Source: Octopus sinensis
Taxonomy: Eukaryota
DNA: 64,000 nucleotides
Direction: 5' to 3'
Assembly (NCBI RefSeq): GCF_006345805.1
Contig: NC_043000.1
Location: 30,814,001-30,878,000 of the forward strand
Shown: in pieces, positions 25,833 through 37,938 of the stretch
How positions within the stretch are numbered: position 1 is the stretch's first letter
Layout of the letters: each line of letters opens with the position of its first letter
Made by a program: the position numbers and the translations under genes
Notes under the pieces: model-generated
What the model was told of the DNA's origin: nothing
Databases searched by the model: none
The model's input: the letters and a program-made list of their open reading frames with translations, nothing else

Positions 25833-26033
25833 GTTTGTCCTCCCGACATCGCTTGACAACCGATGCTGGTGTGTTTAAGTCCACGTAACTTAGCGGTTCG
25901 GCAAAAGAAACCGATAGAATAAGTACTAGGCTTACAAAGAATGAGTCCTGGGATCGATTTGCTCGACTAAAAGCGGTGCTCCAGCATGATCACAGTCAAA
26001 TGACTGAAACAAGTAAAAGAGTAAAAGAGTAAA
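25609..26033 (+). mobile_element. SINE family B
   Basis: Near full-length, with (aaaagagt) tail. Confidence 0.92.
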
Positions 26034-26920
26034 ATTGGGATATACATAAGACCTGGATATGTAAGTATCAGTACTTTTAATTTATTAATGTGTGTGTGTG
26101 TGCGTGTGTTCTATATATCTGCTTTTGCCTGTATGTAATCGCGTGCGTGCATAATTGCATTCTACCCATTTGCCAACAATTGTTATCTAACGTTCGTCGT
26201 GTTGATAATTCTATTCAATTCTGTAACATTGTCTTGTTACCGTTGACGATTTCGAACGTAGAGAAAGGAGAGCAAAGTTCATTCGTACTCTATACTGTGT
26301 ACACAAGAACTATTAGAGAAAGTATCTTTGTATCACCAATTTCCATCGTGATCTATTGAAAAACATTTTGGACTGAATGGTAGTGCTCAGAATACTCTAT
26401 TTAGCGTCTGAATTGTTACAGCGCTATTGTCAATCAATGCGATTATTTCTACTTGTTGTAGATATATTTCCTATGGAATCTAGTTATACATCTAAATAGT
26501 GCACCGACATAAACCATAAAGATTACGACATCATTAAAGTATAAAGAGTTGTAAGGCAGCCAAACATGACACATGCAAGCAGAGAATTACGACGGAAATG
26601 AAGCAAATTTGATTCTCATGTATAATAAATATTAAATGCTGATTTCGTTGGCTGATATGTCAAGTTATTTAAAGAATACACGATAAATTCCATGTGCATA
26701 CATTGAATCAATACTTTTAACACGTTTTCTGTCCTACTTAGCTGAAAAGCCAATAGAAAATTTACTTCGCTCAAGTTAAAAGCTAAACCATACAATAAAT
26801 GAATTTAATTAAACTGTTAAATAAAATACAGCTTTCTTGCTTAGGAAGGAGGCCAAGTTGTGTAGTAAATGAGATAAATTTCTTACAGTTGAGAGTCTCT
26901 TTTATTATTAATCACGTATT

Positions 26921-27320
26921 AAGGCGGCGAGCTGGCAGAATCGTTAGCACGCCGGGAGAAATGCTTAGCGGCATTTCGTCCGCCGTTACGTTGTGAGTTC
27001 AAATTCCGCCGAGGTCGACTTTGCCTTTCATCCTTTCGGGGTCGATTAAATAAGTACCAGTTACGCACTGGAGTCGATATAATCGACTTAACCCGTGTGT
27101 CTGTCCTTGTTTGTCCCCTCTGTGTTTAACCCTTTGTGGGTAGTAAGGAAATAAGCATTTCGTCCGCATTGGCGTTCTGTGTTCAAATGCCACCGGGGTT
27201 GACTTTGCCTTTCATCCTGTCGGGATCGTTAAAACAAGTACCAGTTGAGTACTGAGGTCGATGTAATCGACTAGCCCCCCCTCCCCCAAAATTTCAGGCC
27301 TTGTGTCAATCGTAGAAATG
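26921..27320 (+). mobile_element. SINE family A dimer
   Basis: Full unit 26921-27155 plus headless unit 27156-27320; imperfect TSD-like tttatta..tcacRtatt on both sides. Confidence 0.88.
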
Positions 27321-27644
27321 TTTATTACAGTCACATATTTTATTAAGCACCGAGAAATGGTTACAAATTCAAGTACAAGGGCAGCAATTCTAGGGTTTGG
27401 AGATTAATCTATACTATCGACCCCGGAGGGATGAAAAGCAAAGCTGACCACTGCGATATTTGAACTCATGTGTTAAAGAGCCGAAACAAATACTGTGAAG
27501 CACTTTTCCGATGCTGTAACTATTCAGTCACCCCTTTGCCTAAGCATAAGGCCAGTGGTTTTTGAAAAGAGGTTTTTGAAAAGAGGTGCAGTCGAATTCC
27601 TTAGGTACGACAGGATTGAGGCTTGTACTCATCATATATAAAAT

Positions 27645-28106
27645 ATTTTCTACTCTAGGCACAAGGCCCGAAATTTTTGAGGAGTGTGGTGGAGGCAGTC
27701 GATTAGATCGACCCCAGTACACAACTGTTACTTAATTTATCGATCCCAAAATGATGACAGGCAAAGTCTACCTCGGTGGAATTTGAACTCAGGACGTACC
27801 GGCAGACGAAATACCTATTTCTTTACTACCCAGAAGGGGCTAAATACAGAGAGGACAAACAAAGACAGACAAACGGATTAAGTCGATTATATCGACCCCA
27901 GTGCGTAACTGGTACTTAATTTATTGTCCCCGAAAGGATGAAAGGTAAAGTCAACCTCGGCGGAATTTGAACTCAGAACGTAACGGAAGACAAAATACCT
28001 ATTTCTTTACTACCTACAAGGGGCTAAACATAGAGAGGACAAACAAGGACAGACAAACGGATTAAGTCGAGTATATCGACCCCAGTGCGTAACTGGTATT
28101 TATTTA
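27645..28106 (-). mobile_element. SINE family A tandem trimer (5'-truncated)
   Basis: Repeated ~180-bp units joined at gaaatacctatttctttactac. Confidence 0.88.
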
Positions 28107-29639
28107 ATAACGAGGAAACGCCAAAGAATCTATTCGATGCAGTCTTTATTCTCTCAGCCGTCTGCACGGCCACTTATACAGTTCTCTGTGTGTTATCATT
28201 ATAGTGACAAGATACCACACATTCATTTCGTAGAACGTGTTACATACATAACTACATATATACATACACACACACACACACACACACACGCACGCATGCA
28301 CACATGCACACACATGTATGTATATTTTTCTGAACCAGCTTGTCATATTCCCAACAAACATTAAACCAATTGTGGTGGAATACGAAAAAAACCGCGATCA
28401 ACTTTGGTCTGAGAACCTAATTGAATAACACTGAATACATGATGACTTCTTACAAATATACATATTCTTACAAAAACAAAAACAAAAACAAAAAAAAAGG
28501 ATTGTCTTTCATGCCACCTCCAACGGATATATTTAGCGTTCGCGAAGTGAAGCATCATCAACTGGGATAGGAAACGAAGAAGTAATAACTGTTTGTTGAG
28601 AACTTCCATAGAGACGAGTGCAAGGCATGTAATGCAATATTTTATCTTTGCTATCATCTGGCTTCCATTGGTATCTGTTGAATATTTATTAAACAACTGG
28701 GAATAGAAAAAAAGAAAATAACAATTTGAAGCGAAATGGGGTGTAGTGATCGAATTATTATCAAATGCATATAATCTGATCGAATAAAAATAAAATGCAA
28801 AAACAGACAGAAATGATGCCTTAATTATTATTCCACCGCCCCTGCAAATTAACAAATTTATAAACAGAAGATTAAATGCGACATTCATGCCTTGCTCATT
28901 GGCATTAGATGCGTAATTACGTTAGCTTCACATTCTTTCCGGTAGTTTTTGAGGCTGTAATTTTTATGTAATTTATTGATCTTTTATTTTTGTTAAATGC
29001 TTTTTTAGAAAAAAAAAGATTTCATTTCATTTTACTAATTACAAATGATATTCCGAAGCAACAAACATCATAGGCGCAAGCATGGTTGTGTATTTAGGAC
29101 GTTCGCTTTGCAGTCACGTGATTTTTCTAGTTTAGTCTCACTGGCTTCGTGCCAAAATTCCAAACCATTATTAGTACTGAATGATCACGAACATAGCTTC
29201 GAGGTTCGCCATTTTTGTAAAGTGGTACAGACGACTATACAGACGTTCGTTCTTCTCTGTTCTTTATTTTATTGAGCCTATAAGGAACAGAGGGTGAAAT
29301 ATAAAGAGAACAACATCGGTAGATTTTGATTTCCGAACTGAGATTATTCCTGCGACAACGTAGCAATTCTGCCAATCCAGCGCTTTGTTTTCATATTTAA
29401 TATATGAAATATATGTTCTGTTAAAGAGCCATGGTATTATGTTCATATGTATTTTGTTAGTGCTAATGAAATATATGTCCAGTACTTGAGTATTTCCTGC
29501 TCTGCGATCATAGTGAGGTTAATAATGATCACACGAGGCATTAATTACTGAAACAAACAAATGGGGTTACTGATATGTGAATTTTGAAGCTAAGCGCTGT
29601 TAAGTTTATTAAATGTTTGTTTCTTTTAATTTCAATTTA

Positions 29640-29860
29640 ATAACGGTTTCAAATTTTGGCACAAGGCCAGCAAGTGCGGGGGAGGGATGAATCGATTACA
29701 TCGCTCCCTCCCCCAACTAGTTTTTATTTTATAATCCATCACGAAAGGACGAAAGGCAAAGTCAACCTCAGCGGCATTTGAACTCAGAACGTAAAGGCAA
29801 TCTGAAAAGGGTGCCAAGCATTTCGCCTGGCCTTCTAACGATTCTACAGCTCACCTCCTT
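29640..29860 (-). mobile_element. SINE family A, diverged
   Basis: gaaaggcaaagtcaacctcagcggcatttgaactcagaacg homology. Confidence 0.8.
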
Positions 29861-29884
29861 CTGGGAATCAGATATTTAGGATTA

Positions 29885-32332
29885 CACTGGTCTGTGTTTG
29901 GGAATCTTTAAAAATATTTTTATGCATTGGTGTGGTCTTCCATATTCTTGGGTTGCTGATTTTAAATATCGAAACCATTTTGCTCTATCACATAAGGATC
30001 TTCAATGAAATAGAAATTAATGATAACAAATTAATGATAACAAATGTGAATTTTTAATAAAAATTCCTACTTTATTGAAATGAATTAGGTAATCATGGGA
30101 AAGCATATTCTGTTAGTTTTAAGGACATGTGTGTTCCAAATCAGCATGAGATGAACCATGTCCATCAGGAAATGAATCGTGGTTCATCAACATCAGATCA
30201 AATGAATGTGAAAAGAAATATGCTCCTAATTGTTAGCCTACATATTGATTAAAATGAAGGAGCACCACTTTGATTTCTGCTTGTACTCTGCACCCGGACT
30301 ATCACATTTCAATGACCATCATGCTGACATTCCATTTGCCCTGGTTTCGAGTTACCATGGTGCAAATATCCTGATGGAACCGCTCTCCTTGTTCTTCCCT
30401 GTAGTCCCTACAATTCCTGGGGAAGTGATCAAGATGTCAGTGCAAAAACTGCATCTTGACACACATTCTTGACCCAAGTTGTTTGAAACTTGATATCAGG
30501 TCTTGGATCATTTTTTCATATTCTGGAGAGCAGCTGTTTCCCCACGAGTTTTGGTAATCTGCTTGAAGGAACACCAAGCATTCACCTCGACATCTGACAA
30601 TGCTGCTTGAAAATGTTTGTCCTTTATCGATTCCCGAACTTTGATCGATTCCTTCCTTTAGCTTGCCTCCACTTATACGAGGGAACTTTGACTCCAGGCA
30701 CTTGAAAGCAGCTCCATTCTTGTACAGGGCCTTCATAAAGTTTTCCATAAGCCCTAATTAAATGTGGAGAGGTGCAGCAGAATTATCTTGGGTAATTAGT
30801 GGCACACCTTTCGCGTTGTGATTTCTGGGTAAGAAGTTTGTTCTGGCGGTCTTTTTGTTAACAGTGATGGCTGTCTGCCCTACTATCCCAAAGATAAAGG
30901 AAACGGGGAACTTGGTGTATCCCCTTGAAGACCTAGTAGGAGAGCAATAACTTTTAAATCCCCACAAATGAGAAAATTGTGATTGTGGATTGATTCATGG
31001 CAGCCATCAGAGTCTTCATATTTTCATACATTTCTGACGTTTGGAGACTATGGCCAATTGGCACAGATGCAGCTGTGTTGGCATTGTAGAGAAGAACAAC
31101 AACCTTTAAACTTCTGTTAGAAGAATCAACGAAGAGTCGCCATTCATCTGCTTTGTACAACATCCCTATGTGTTCAATAAGGCCAGAAGTATTTGAACAG
31201 AAGATTAAAGAATCCTGTTTCCCAAAGACCTGAGTGAATTCTGCTTCGCGATGATGGTACCAAGCGAATGTTGTTCCCGGATATAGAAAACTGTTTCCTT
31301 CAGTCTAAAGCCACGTAACTTGGCACTTACTTTTGGAAGATTAAGGCATCACACCTAATCATTGAGCTCAACTTGGTTGAAGAGTTTGGTATTGTTCTGT
31401 GGTGGTGGTGGTGGTGGTGGTGGTTCATAGTCTACTCTCATCTCACAGTATCAGATTCTGGTGAAATTTCCCATCTCTCATGTGGCACAGGTACAGGAAT
31501 ATCATCTGAGTGTGGAATAGGCATTATTGCTGACGGGGTATTTAGGTATATTATACCTTTTTGTTGAATCCAGCTACTTTAGTCATACACATGTGGCAGT
31601 CATCATGGTGGTTAATTTGTTCCCGCCATACCATTGGTACTCCAAAGGGCATACGCTTCAGGTTCCCAACTGACCACATTTAGAGCTTACTAACGCACCC
31701 CTTGCAAGCATTGTGAGGTGCAGATGGCATGTCCTGGTCTGCCAGTTTGCAACCAAAGTAAGCAGAACAAAAGAGTTATATATTGCTCCGGGAATATGAA
31801 GGGCTGAATCGCCTGCAGACATAGCAGAATATGTCTGGTGAATTTATGCAGCCTCGAGACATATTCATAATCGAGCTATAAATAATATATTAGATTTGAT
31901 AATTAAGTCAATATAAAGTAAATGTTTTCATTGGTAATATACTTCGTCATTAAGGCGGCGATCTGGCAGACACGTTAGCACGCCGGGCAAAATGCTTAGC
32001 GGTATTTCGTCTGCCGTTACGTTCTGAAATCAAATTCCACCGCGGTCGACTTTGCCTTTCACCTTTCAGAGTCAATAAATTAAGCACCAGTTGCGTACCT
32101 AGGTGGATCTAATCGACTGACTGCCTTCCCCCAAATTTCGGGCCTTGTACTTCGAGTAGAAAAGAATATACTTTATCATTTACTTATACGAAAACAGAAA
32201 GGTAACGTTTCTGCATAACTTGAGAGCCTGAAATGGTAGAGGTGAATTAAAAGCAACATGAATCACTATCTTTCGTATATATTTCGAAAAAGATATCATA
32301 AAGTTAATTTTACAAAATCATGTAGATTAGTG
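29885..32332 (-). mobile_element. Degenerate near full-length Chapaev3-like (CMC superfamily) DNA transposon
   Basis: Termini CACTG..TAGTG with TTA on both flanks; broken transposase from ATG ~31862: MSRGCINSPDIFCYVC, MPFGVPMVWREQINHHDDC, EWRLFVDSSNRSLK, CGDLKV, PLHI*LGLMENFMKAL, EEQGERFHQDI. Confidence 0.8.
31952..32164 (+). mobile_element. SINE family A nested in the Chapaev3-like element
   Basis: 16-bp TSD aatatacttYRtcatt (31936-31951, 32165-32180). Confidence 0.9.
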
Positions 32333-32453
32333 TTATAATGGAGAAGAGTTTTATTTATTAACCAGATGCTTTCTCCTTAGAATTCAGTTTAAAATATCGA
32401 TGGCCTAAGCAGAATCTCCATCCATGAATTTCATCTCTTTCAATCAGTCATTA

Positions 32454-32494
<41 letters not shown>

Positions 32495-32501
32495 GTATGC
32501 A

Positions 32502-32539
<38 letters not shown>

Positions 32540-33193
32540 ACACACACACACATGCTATGATTAACAGAGCAAAGAGTAAACGGTTGTCATTACGAAATTT
32601 GTGTATTTCGTCTGCCGCTACGTTCTGAGTTAAAAATCCGAATTCAGGGTCGATAAATTAAGTACCAGCGAAATACTGGGGTCAATGTAATCCACAAATT
32701 TCAAGCCTTATGCCTATAGCAGAAAGGATTTTAAAGAAATGTGTTTACCATTTCCATGGTTCCGGGTTTCAATCTCTTATAATGACAACTCTTTATTTTT
32801 TAACGTAAAGTATACTAGCCATCTCAATATGGCTAACCACTAAGTGTGGGTGTTACTGTAGCTTTTAGCCCCAGGAGATCATCGTCTCCAGCTGGCTTTA
32901 GGCACACTTTCTGTGCCCTTATGATATTTGCAAAGGGAGGTCATCCCTCTCTCGTAAACCTAAGTGATACGCACGGACTGCAGTTTCGAGGTATTTGCCT
33001 CTTGTCAACGTACGGTAATCACCGGTTTTCGATGAAGAGAGACCTGTTTGCGAATATCTATTTACTGTTTTTCCCAGTAACCACTGTCACTGATTTCGAA
33101 AAACTGTCTGAAAGCAATAATAAATCTTTATTTTTTGTTCTCTTAATTATAGCATATACAAATATCGAGCTCTCATTCTTTTGCTGTTTTACA

Positions 33194-33230
<37 letters not shown>

Positions 33231-33514
33231 ACACATGTAAAGACTTACTGTGGCCAAGGCTGCGTGGCGTTCGATTATAAATAAAATGAAAAATACACAT
33301 TGTCTGCAGGACGTCATCAACGAGTGAAGAATGTGTAAATGCATAATGAGAGAGAAGTATGGGACAAAATACCAAAAGAAGATAACTCCTCATAAGTTTT
33401 CAAACTGTTTATTACCACTACTTCGTGCTTTTAACGACAGTATAGGGAACTTCATAAGACAGCAGCATCCAGATTTTTTTTTTTAATATGAAATATATAT
33501 ATATATATATTCAT

Positions 33515-33727
33515 TCTTATCTTTTATTCTTTTATTTCTTTCAGTCATTTGACTGCTGCCATGCTGGAGCACCGCTTTTAGTCGAATAGATTTCCCCTAG
33601 ATTATTCTTTGTAAGCCTAGTACTTATTCTATCGTTCTCTTTTTGCCGAATCGCTAATTTACGAGGACGTAAACACACCAACATCGGTTGCCAAATGGAG
33701 GTGGGGGACAAACACAGGCACAACACA

Positions 33728-33765
<38 letters not shown>

Positions 33766-33780
33766 ACACCGATATACATA
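33515..33780 (-). mobile_element. SINE family B, 3' half
   Basis: Homology to family B tail. Confidence 0.85.
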
Positions 33781-34563
33781 AACGCTTCCCATTTCATCTG
33801 TTTATTCAGACTTTGTTCTCAATATCAAATCAACTGTTAATGATTGGCAACTATTAATTTGTAGATTCACAGAAACCAATCTACGGAACTAATTAGACCG
33901 ATTCCTCTAAGGTCCTAATTAATAATGTAAACATATTCCTGTGGCCAAGTGGTGTTGCGCGGCGGACAAAATATTTTGGCAGTATCTAGTTCAAACCACC
34001 TGGAGGTAATGCTTATAATACTGAGGTCACTGAAACAAGCTGCAAGTCTAGCTCAAGTTCACATAACCGCCCATTCTTCTCCCAGTATGGCCATCACCAT
34101 CAAAAACAAGAATTTTAAGTTTTTGTGCCTTTCATCATAATCAATAATTGTGCCTTGTAAACAATCAATAGTTGTGAGAAGCGGGCATAATTATAATTAT
34201 AATTACAAAAATGGAAATTATAGGAATTAAAAAGGGATTCAACCAATGGAAGTTGCTTTGTCATAACTCCACTTTAATAAAGTCCTTTTCTTAATTGTAA
34301 CAAATATCATTTTTTACATGAAAATAGAACAGACTGGAAACAGTTAATCTTTCCGGTTTTGTCCATGTTGCAGTGATTCTTAAAATACATCAGTGTGCGG
34401 TGGCGTGGCTGCATGGTTCAGAAACACCATTGGCAACTACGGGGTTTAGAGTTCAGGCACAATGTGCGGCATCTTAGGTTAGTGTCTTCTCCTATAATCC
34501 TGGGCCAGCCACAGCTTCGTGGTTGAATTTGGTAGAATGAAACTGTGTAGAAGACATCGAGTT

Positions 34564-34608
<45 letters not shown>

Positions 34609-36037
34609 CTGTAAGTATATATGCATACACACACACACACATATATATATATATATGTATGTATATCTTTATTTAATTGAACGTCACGCATCCATTCCCA
34701 AGCAAATATATATATATATATATAATTATTTAAAATTATAATTTAAGGTATCTGAGAGATACAACCACGCTGAAATAGCAGTCAAAACCTGACTCTAAAG
34801 CCACATTAAATGTTTATATAGCACTAGGAGAGAAGACAGAGAGACAAAAATATACTAGCAAAAAAACTTTATTGGATAATTCCAGATCCTGGATTTCTGA
34901 CTTTGCATAAGAGATGCTCTGCCTTCGCCAGTGGAATATACTCAGGCAAATACAAGAGTATGTTTTCATAAATGAAACATCCCCAATACTAAATAGGAAA
35001 TATACACAGTAGGTAGTCATACTCCAATACTCACAGTTTATATATACACAGGAAGAGTACTTAGTAGGCTATGTAGATGTGTGTGTGAGAGAGAGAAACA
35101 GAGAGATAGATAGAGAGATAGAGAGATAGTTAGATATACAGATAGTTAGAGAGAGTGAGAGGGAGAATGGAGAGAGAAAAGAGAGAGAAAGACAGAGAGG
35201 GTGTGTGTGAACGTTAAATGTTTCTACGAAATGGATTAACAAGTTGAAAAACGTTATTGATAGGTGAACGGAATCGGATGAGCGCACAAAATGCCTTCAG
35301 GTATTTACATCTTCTAACAGCATGAGGTCAAATGACACCACAGACATCTTACCTTTTCACCCTTAACTCCCAAAAATAATTGGAACCTTTCTCAAGAATA
35401 TTTTTGTACTAAAACAAATTCCACTCAACATACTGAAAAAGGGAATGATCATGTAAGGGAAGTAACTCCTATGTATTTTCTTGTAATTACTTCCCTTGGA
35501 TTATATCTAAATCTGCTTATTGAAAAGTATGAAAAAAATTGTTTCTAATTGCAGGAATTATTGAGTTTCTCTTCACCTTATCTCTAGATAAATTACTTTC
35601 GATTATTGGAGTAATTCAAGAAAAATTATAGGCTCTATTAGCAGAAATTTTAGTGCCTTCACATAATTGTAAATTGTAGGCGAGAATATGATGTACACTT
35701 ATCAATATATATCGTTTGTGAAAAACAAATTCGAAAGAAACACCCTCTAAGATGGAGAGTAGTGTCTACTAAAAACGGGAAGGCCATTTTATGGGATTGC
35801 CTTAGGCTTCCTGTCCTTAGACTTCTTGTCCATCAGATCCTATTATCATTTCATTCAGTTGGAATTCGTACACAAAGCAGTGTTTTATTTTCCAGCAGTT
35901 TACAGACAACACTAGACCACCAGGTATAGTGACAGACAAAATACAATTATATATAAAAAAGCAAAATGCAGGGATAGAGAGAATTTTAGAGTCTTTAATT
36001 GATTATTTATTGTTGGCGAGAATATGTAAGAATATAT

Positions 36038-36124
<87 letters not shown>

Positions 36125-36155
36125 CATACATACATACATATATATGTATATAAAA

Positions 36156-36186
<31 letters not shown>

Positions 36187-36202
36187 CATACATACATATA
36201 TA

Positions 36203-37054
36203 TTGGGTTGGCAACTAAGTTTTCGCCATCTTTTAAATTTTGGAATTTATTGCGTTTTTAAATTTTGGAATCTATTTTGTTGTTTTTTCTAGTTAATTTT
36301 TGTTAATTTTTGTTTATTTTCAGGTCATTAAAATGGAATGTCAAGTTAAGAAAAACGAGCATTTTCGACACCTTCTATTTTGCTTTTAATCTAAGGATCG
36401 TTACTGGCGACGAAAAATGGTGCCTGTACATCAATATGAAGCAGCATAAGGAATGGCTTAGCCCCGGTAAACAAGCGACACCGCGTGTGAAACAATATCT
36501 TCATCCGCGTAAAAAGATATTGTGCGTATGGTGGGACCGGGAAGGGATTATCCATTACGAATTACTTGAACGGAACCAAACGGTCAACACAGAACTCTAT
36601 GTTCAACAGATGGAACGGCTCAACACGGCTATTCAAGAGAAAAGACCTAATCCGCAGCATGGAGTTCTTCTGCTGCGCTACAACGCCCGCCCTCATTTCG
36701 CCAATATGACCGAGGAAGCTATTCAAACGCATAGCTGAGAAGTACTGCCACACCCGCCGTACTCTCCTAATTTGGCACCAACGGCTTTCCAACTCTTTCG
36801 ATCCCTTTCAAATGCTATGTGCGGAGTTTCGTTCAATATTGATGCTGAATTGAGAACTTGGTTGGATCAATTTTTTGAGTCGAAATCGGGTGATTTCTAC
36901 CAACGATATATTGAAAAATCTTGTTGAACGTTGGGAAGAAGTTGTAAATAACAAGGGTGAATACATTATTGATTAATTAGCTGCTATTTGCGTTATTAAA
37001 CCTTTTAAAAAATTAAAATTTTAAAAAAAGGTGTAAACTTAGTTGCCAACCTAA
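36203..37054 (+). mobile_element. Internally deleted mariner (DD34D) transposon
   Basis: TIRs ttgggttggcaactaagttt / aaacttagttgccaacctaa with TA flanks; MECQVKKNEHFRH joined to RIVTGDEKWCLY..LCVWWD..RYNARPH..HPPYSPNLAP; HTH region deleted, catalytic Asp residues 2 and 3 mutated, internal stop. Confidence 0.95.
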
Positions 37055-37470
37055 TATATGTCGTTTGTCGAAAGCATAAATTACTCTTGTGGTTTGGAAT
37101 TGTGTCTCTGTCTCTCTTGTTTACTCTTTTGGGTTGGCATTCTTCATCGTCCAGGAGGGCCATAGGGTATGAGAGGTATTGGTGCCAAGAAGACCCAAAA
37201 GGTACCGAGTAACGTTAAGTAAGTGTATATCCATGGGATAGAGCATGATCAAGATCCAGGATCGATAATGATACGAATGAGGAGTCCAACGTGGGTCATG
37301 CATTATTAGCATGGATCTGTATAAAATTTGACCGAATGAGATTTAAAAAATTCAAGGTTGTGAATAGTTTACAGAACATTTATGAAAAACATTTATAAAT
37401 GTTCTAAAACCTATTTACAACCTTGGATTTTTGTATCTCATTCTGTCAATTTATACACATATATATGTGT

Positions 37471-37534
<64 letters not shown>

Positions 37535-37612
37535 GTGTGTAAATATATACATATATATGTGTATCGATGTGTGTTGCAAGATTCCTGATGTGAAATCGTG
37601 AGTTGAAATAGG

Positions 37613-37938
37613 TATTGTTGTATTTCGAGATGGTCATTTCTTTCTCTCTCTCTTTTTTTTTTTGCCAAATAAATACACGCACTATATATTTGTTTTAAAT
37701 CATGTCCATTGTCTGGAAATCTTACGTCACACACCTGTGACCTCTTCAGCGACGCTTTTCCTTTTCGTGTGTACTCTTGCTCCACAGTGAAGCAAGAGCA
37801 CGCACGATATGTGATGAAAGATTTCGGGACAATGGACATGAGTTGAAATTTTTTTTAAATAAGAACAATAATAAACGAACAAATATAGAGTGCATGTGTT
37901 TATTTGGCAAAAAAAAACTATCTCGAATTACAACGATA
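37613..37938. mobile_element. Palindromic MITE, TA-flanked (Tc1/mariner-like)
   Basis: Three matching inverted blocks (tattgttgtatttcgagat, gccaaataaa..atttgtt, tcatgtccattgtc..aaatctt) plus central hairpin tcgtg..cttgct/agcaag..cacga. Confidence 0.85.

Noticed and set aside
28361-28888. 175-aa minus-strand ORF
   Set aside because: No recognisable motif, Phe/Leu/Ile bias from AT-rich DNA, includes an (AAAAC)n tract.
36310-36738. Active mariner transposase or SETMAR-like gene
   Set aside because: HTH deleted, catalytic aspartates mutated, premature stop, no SET domain.
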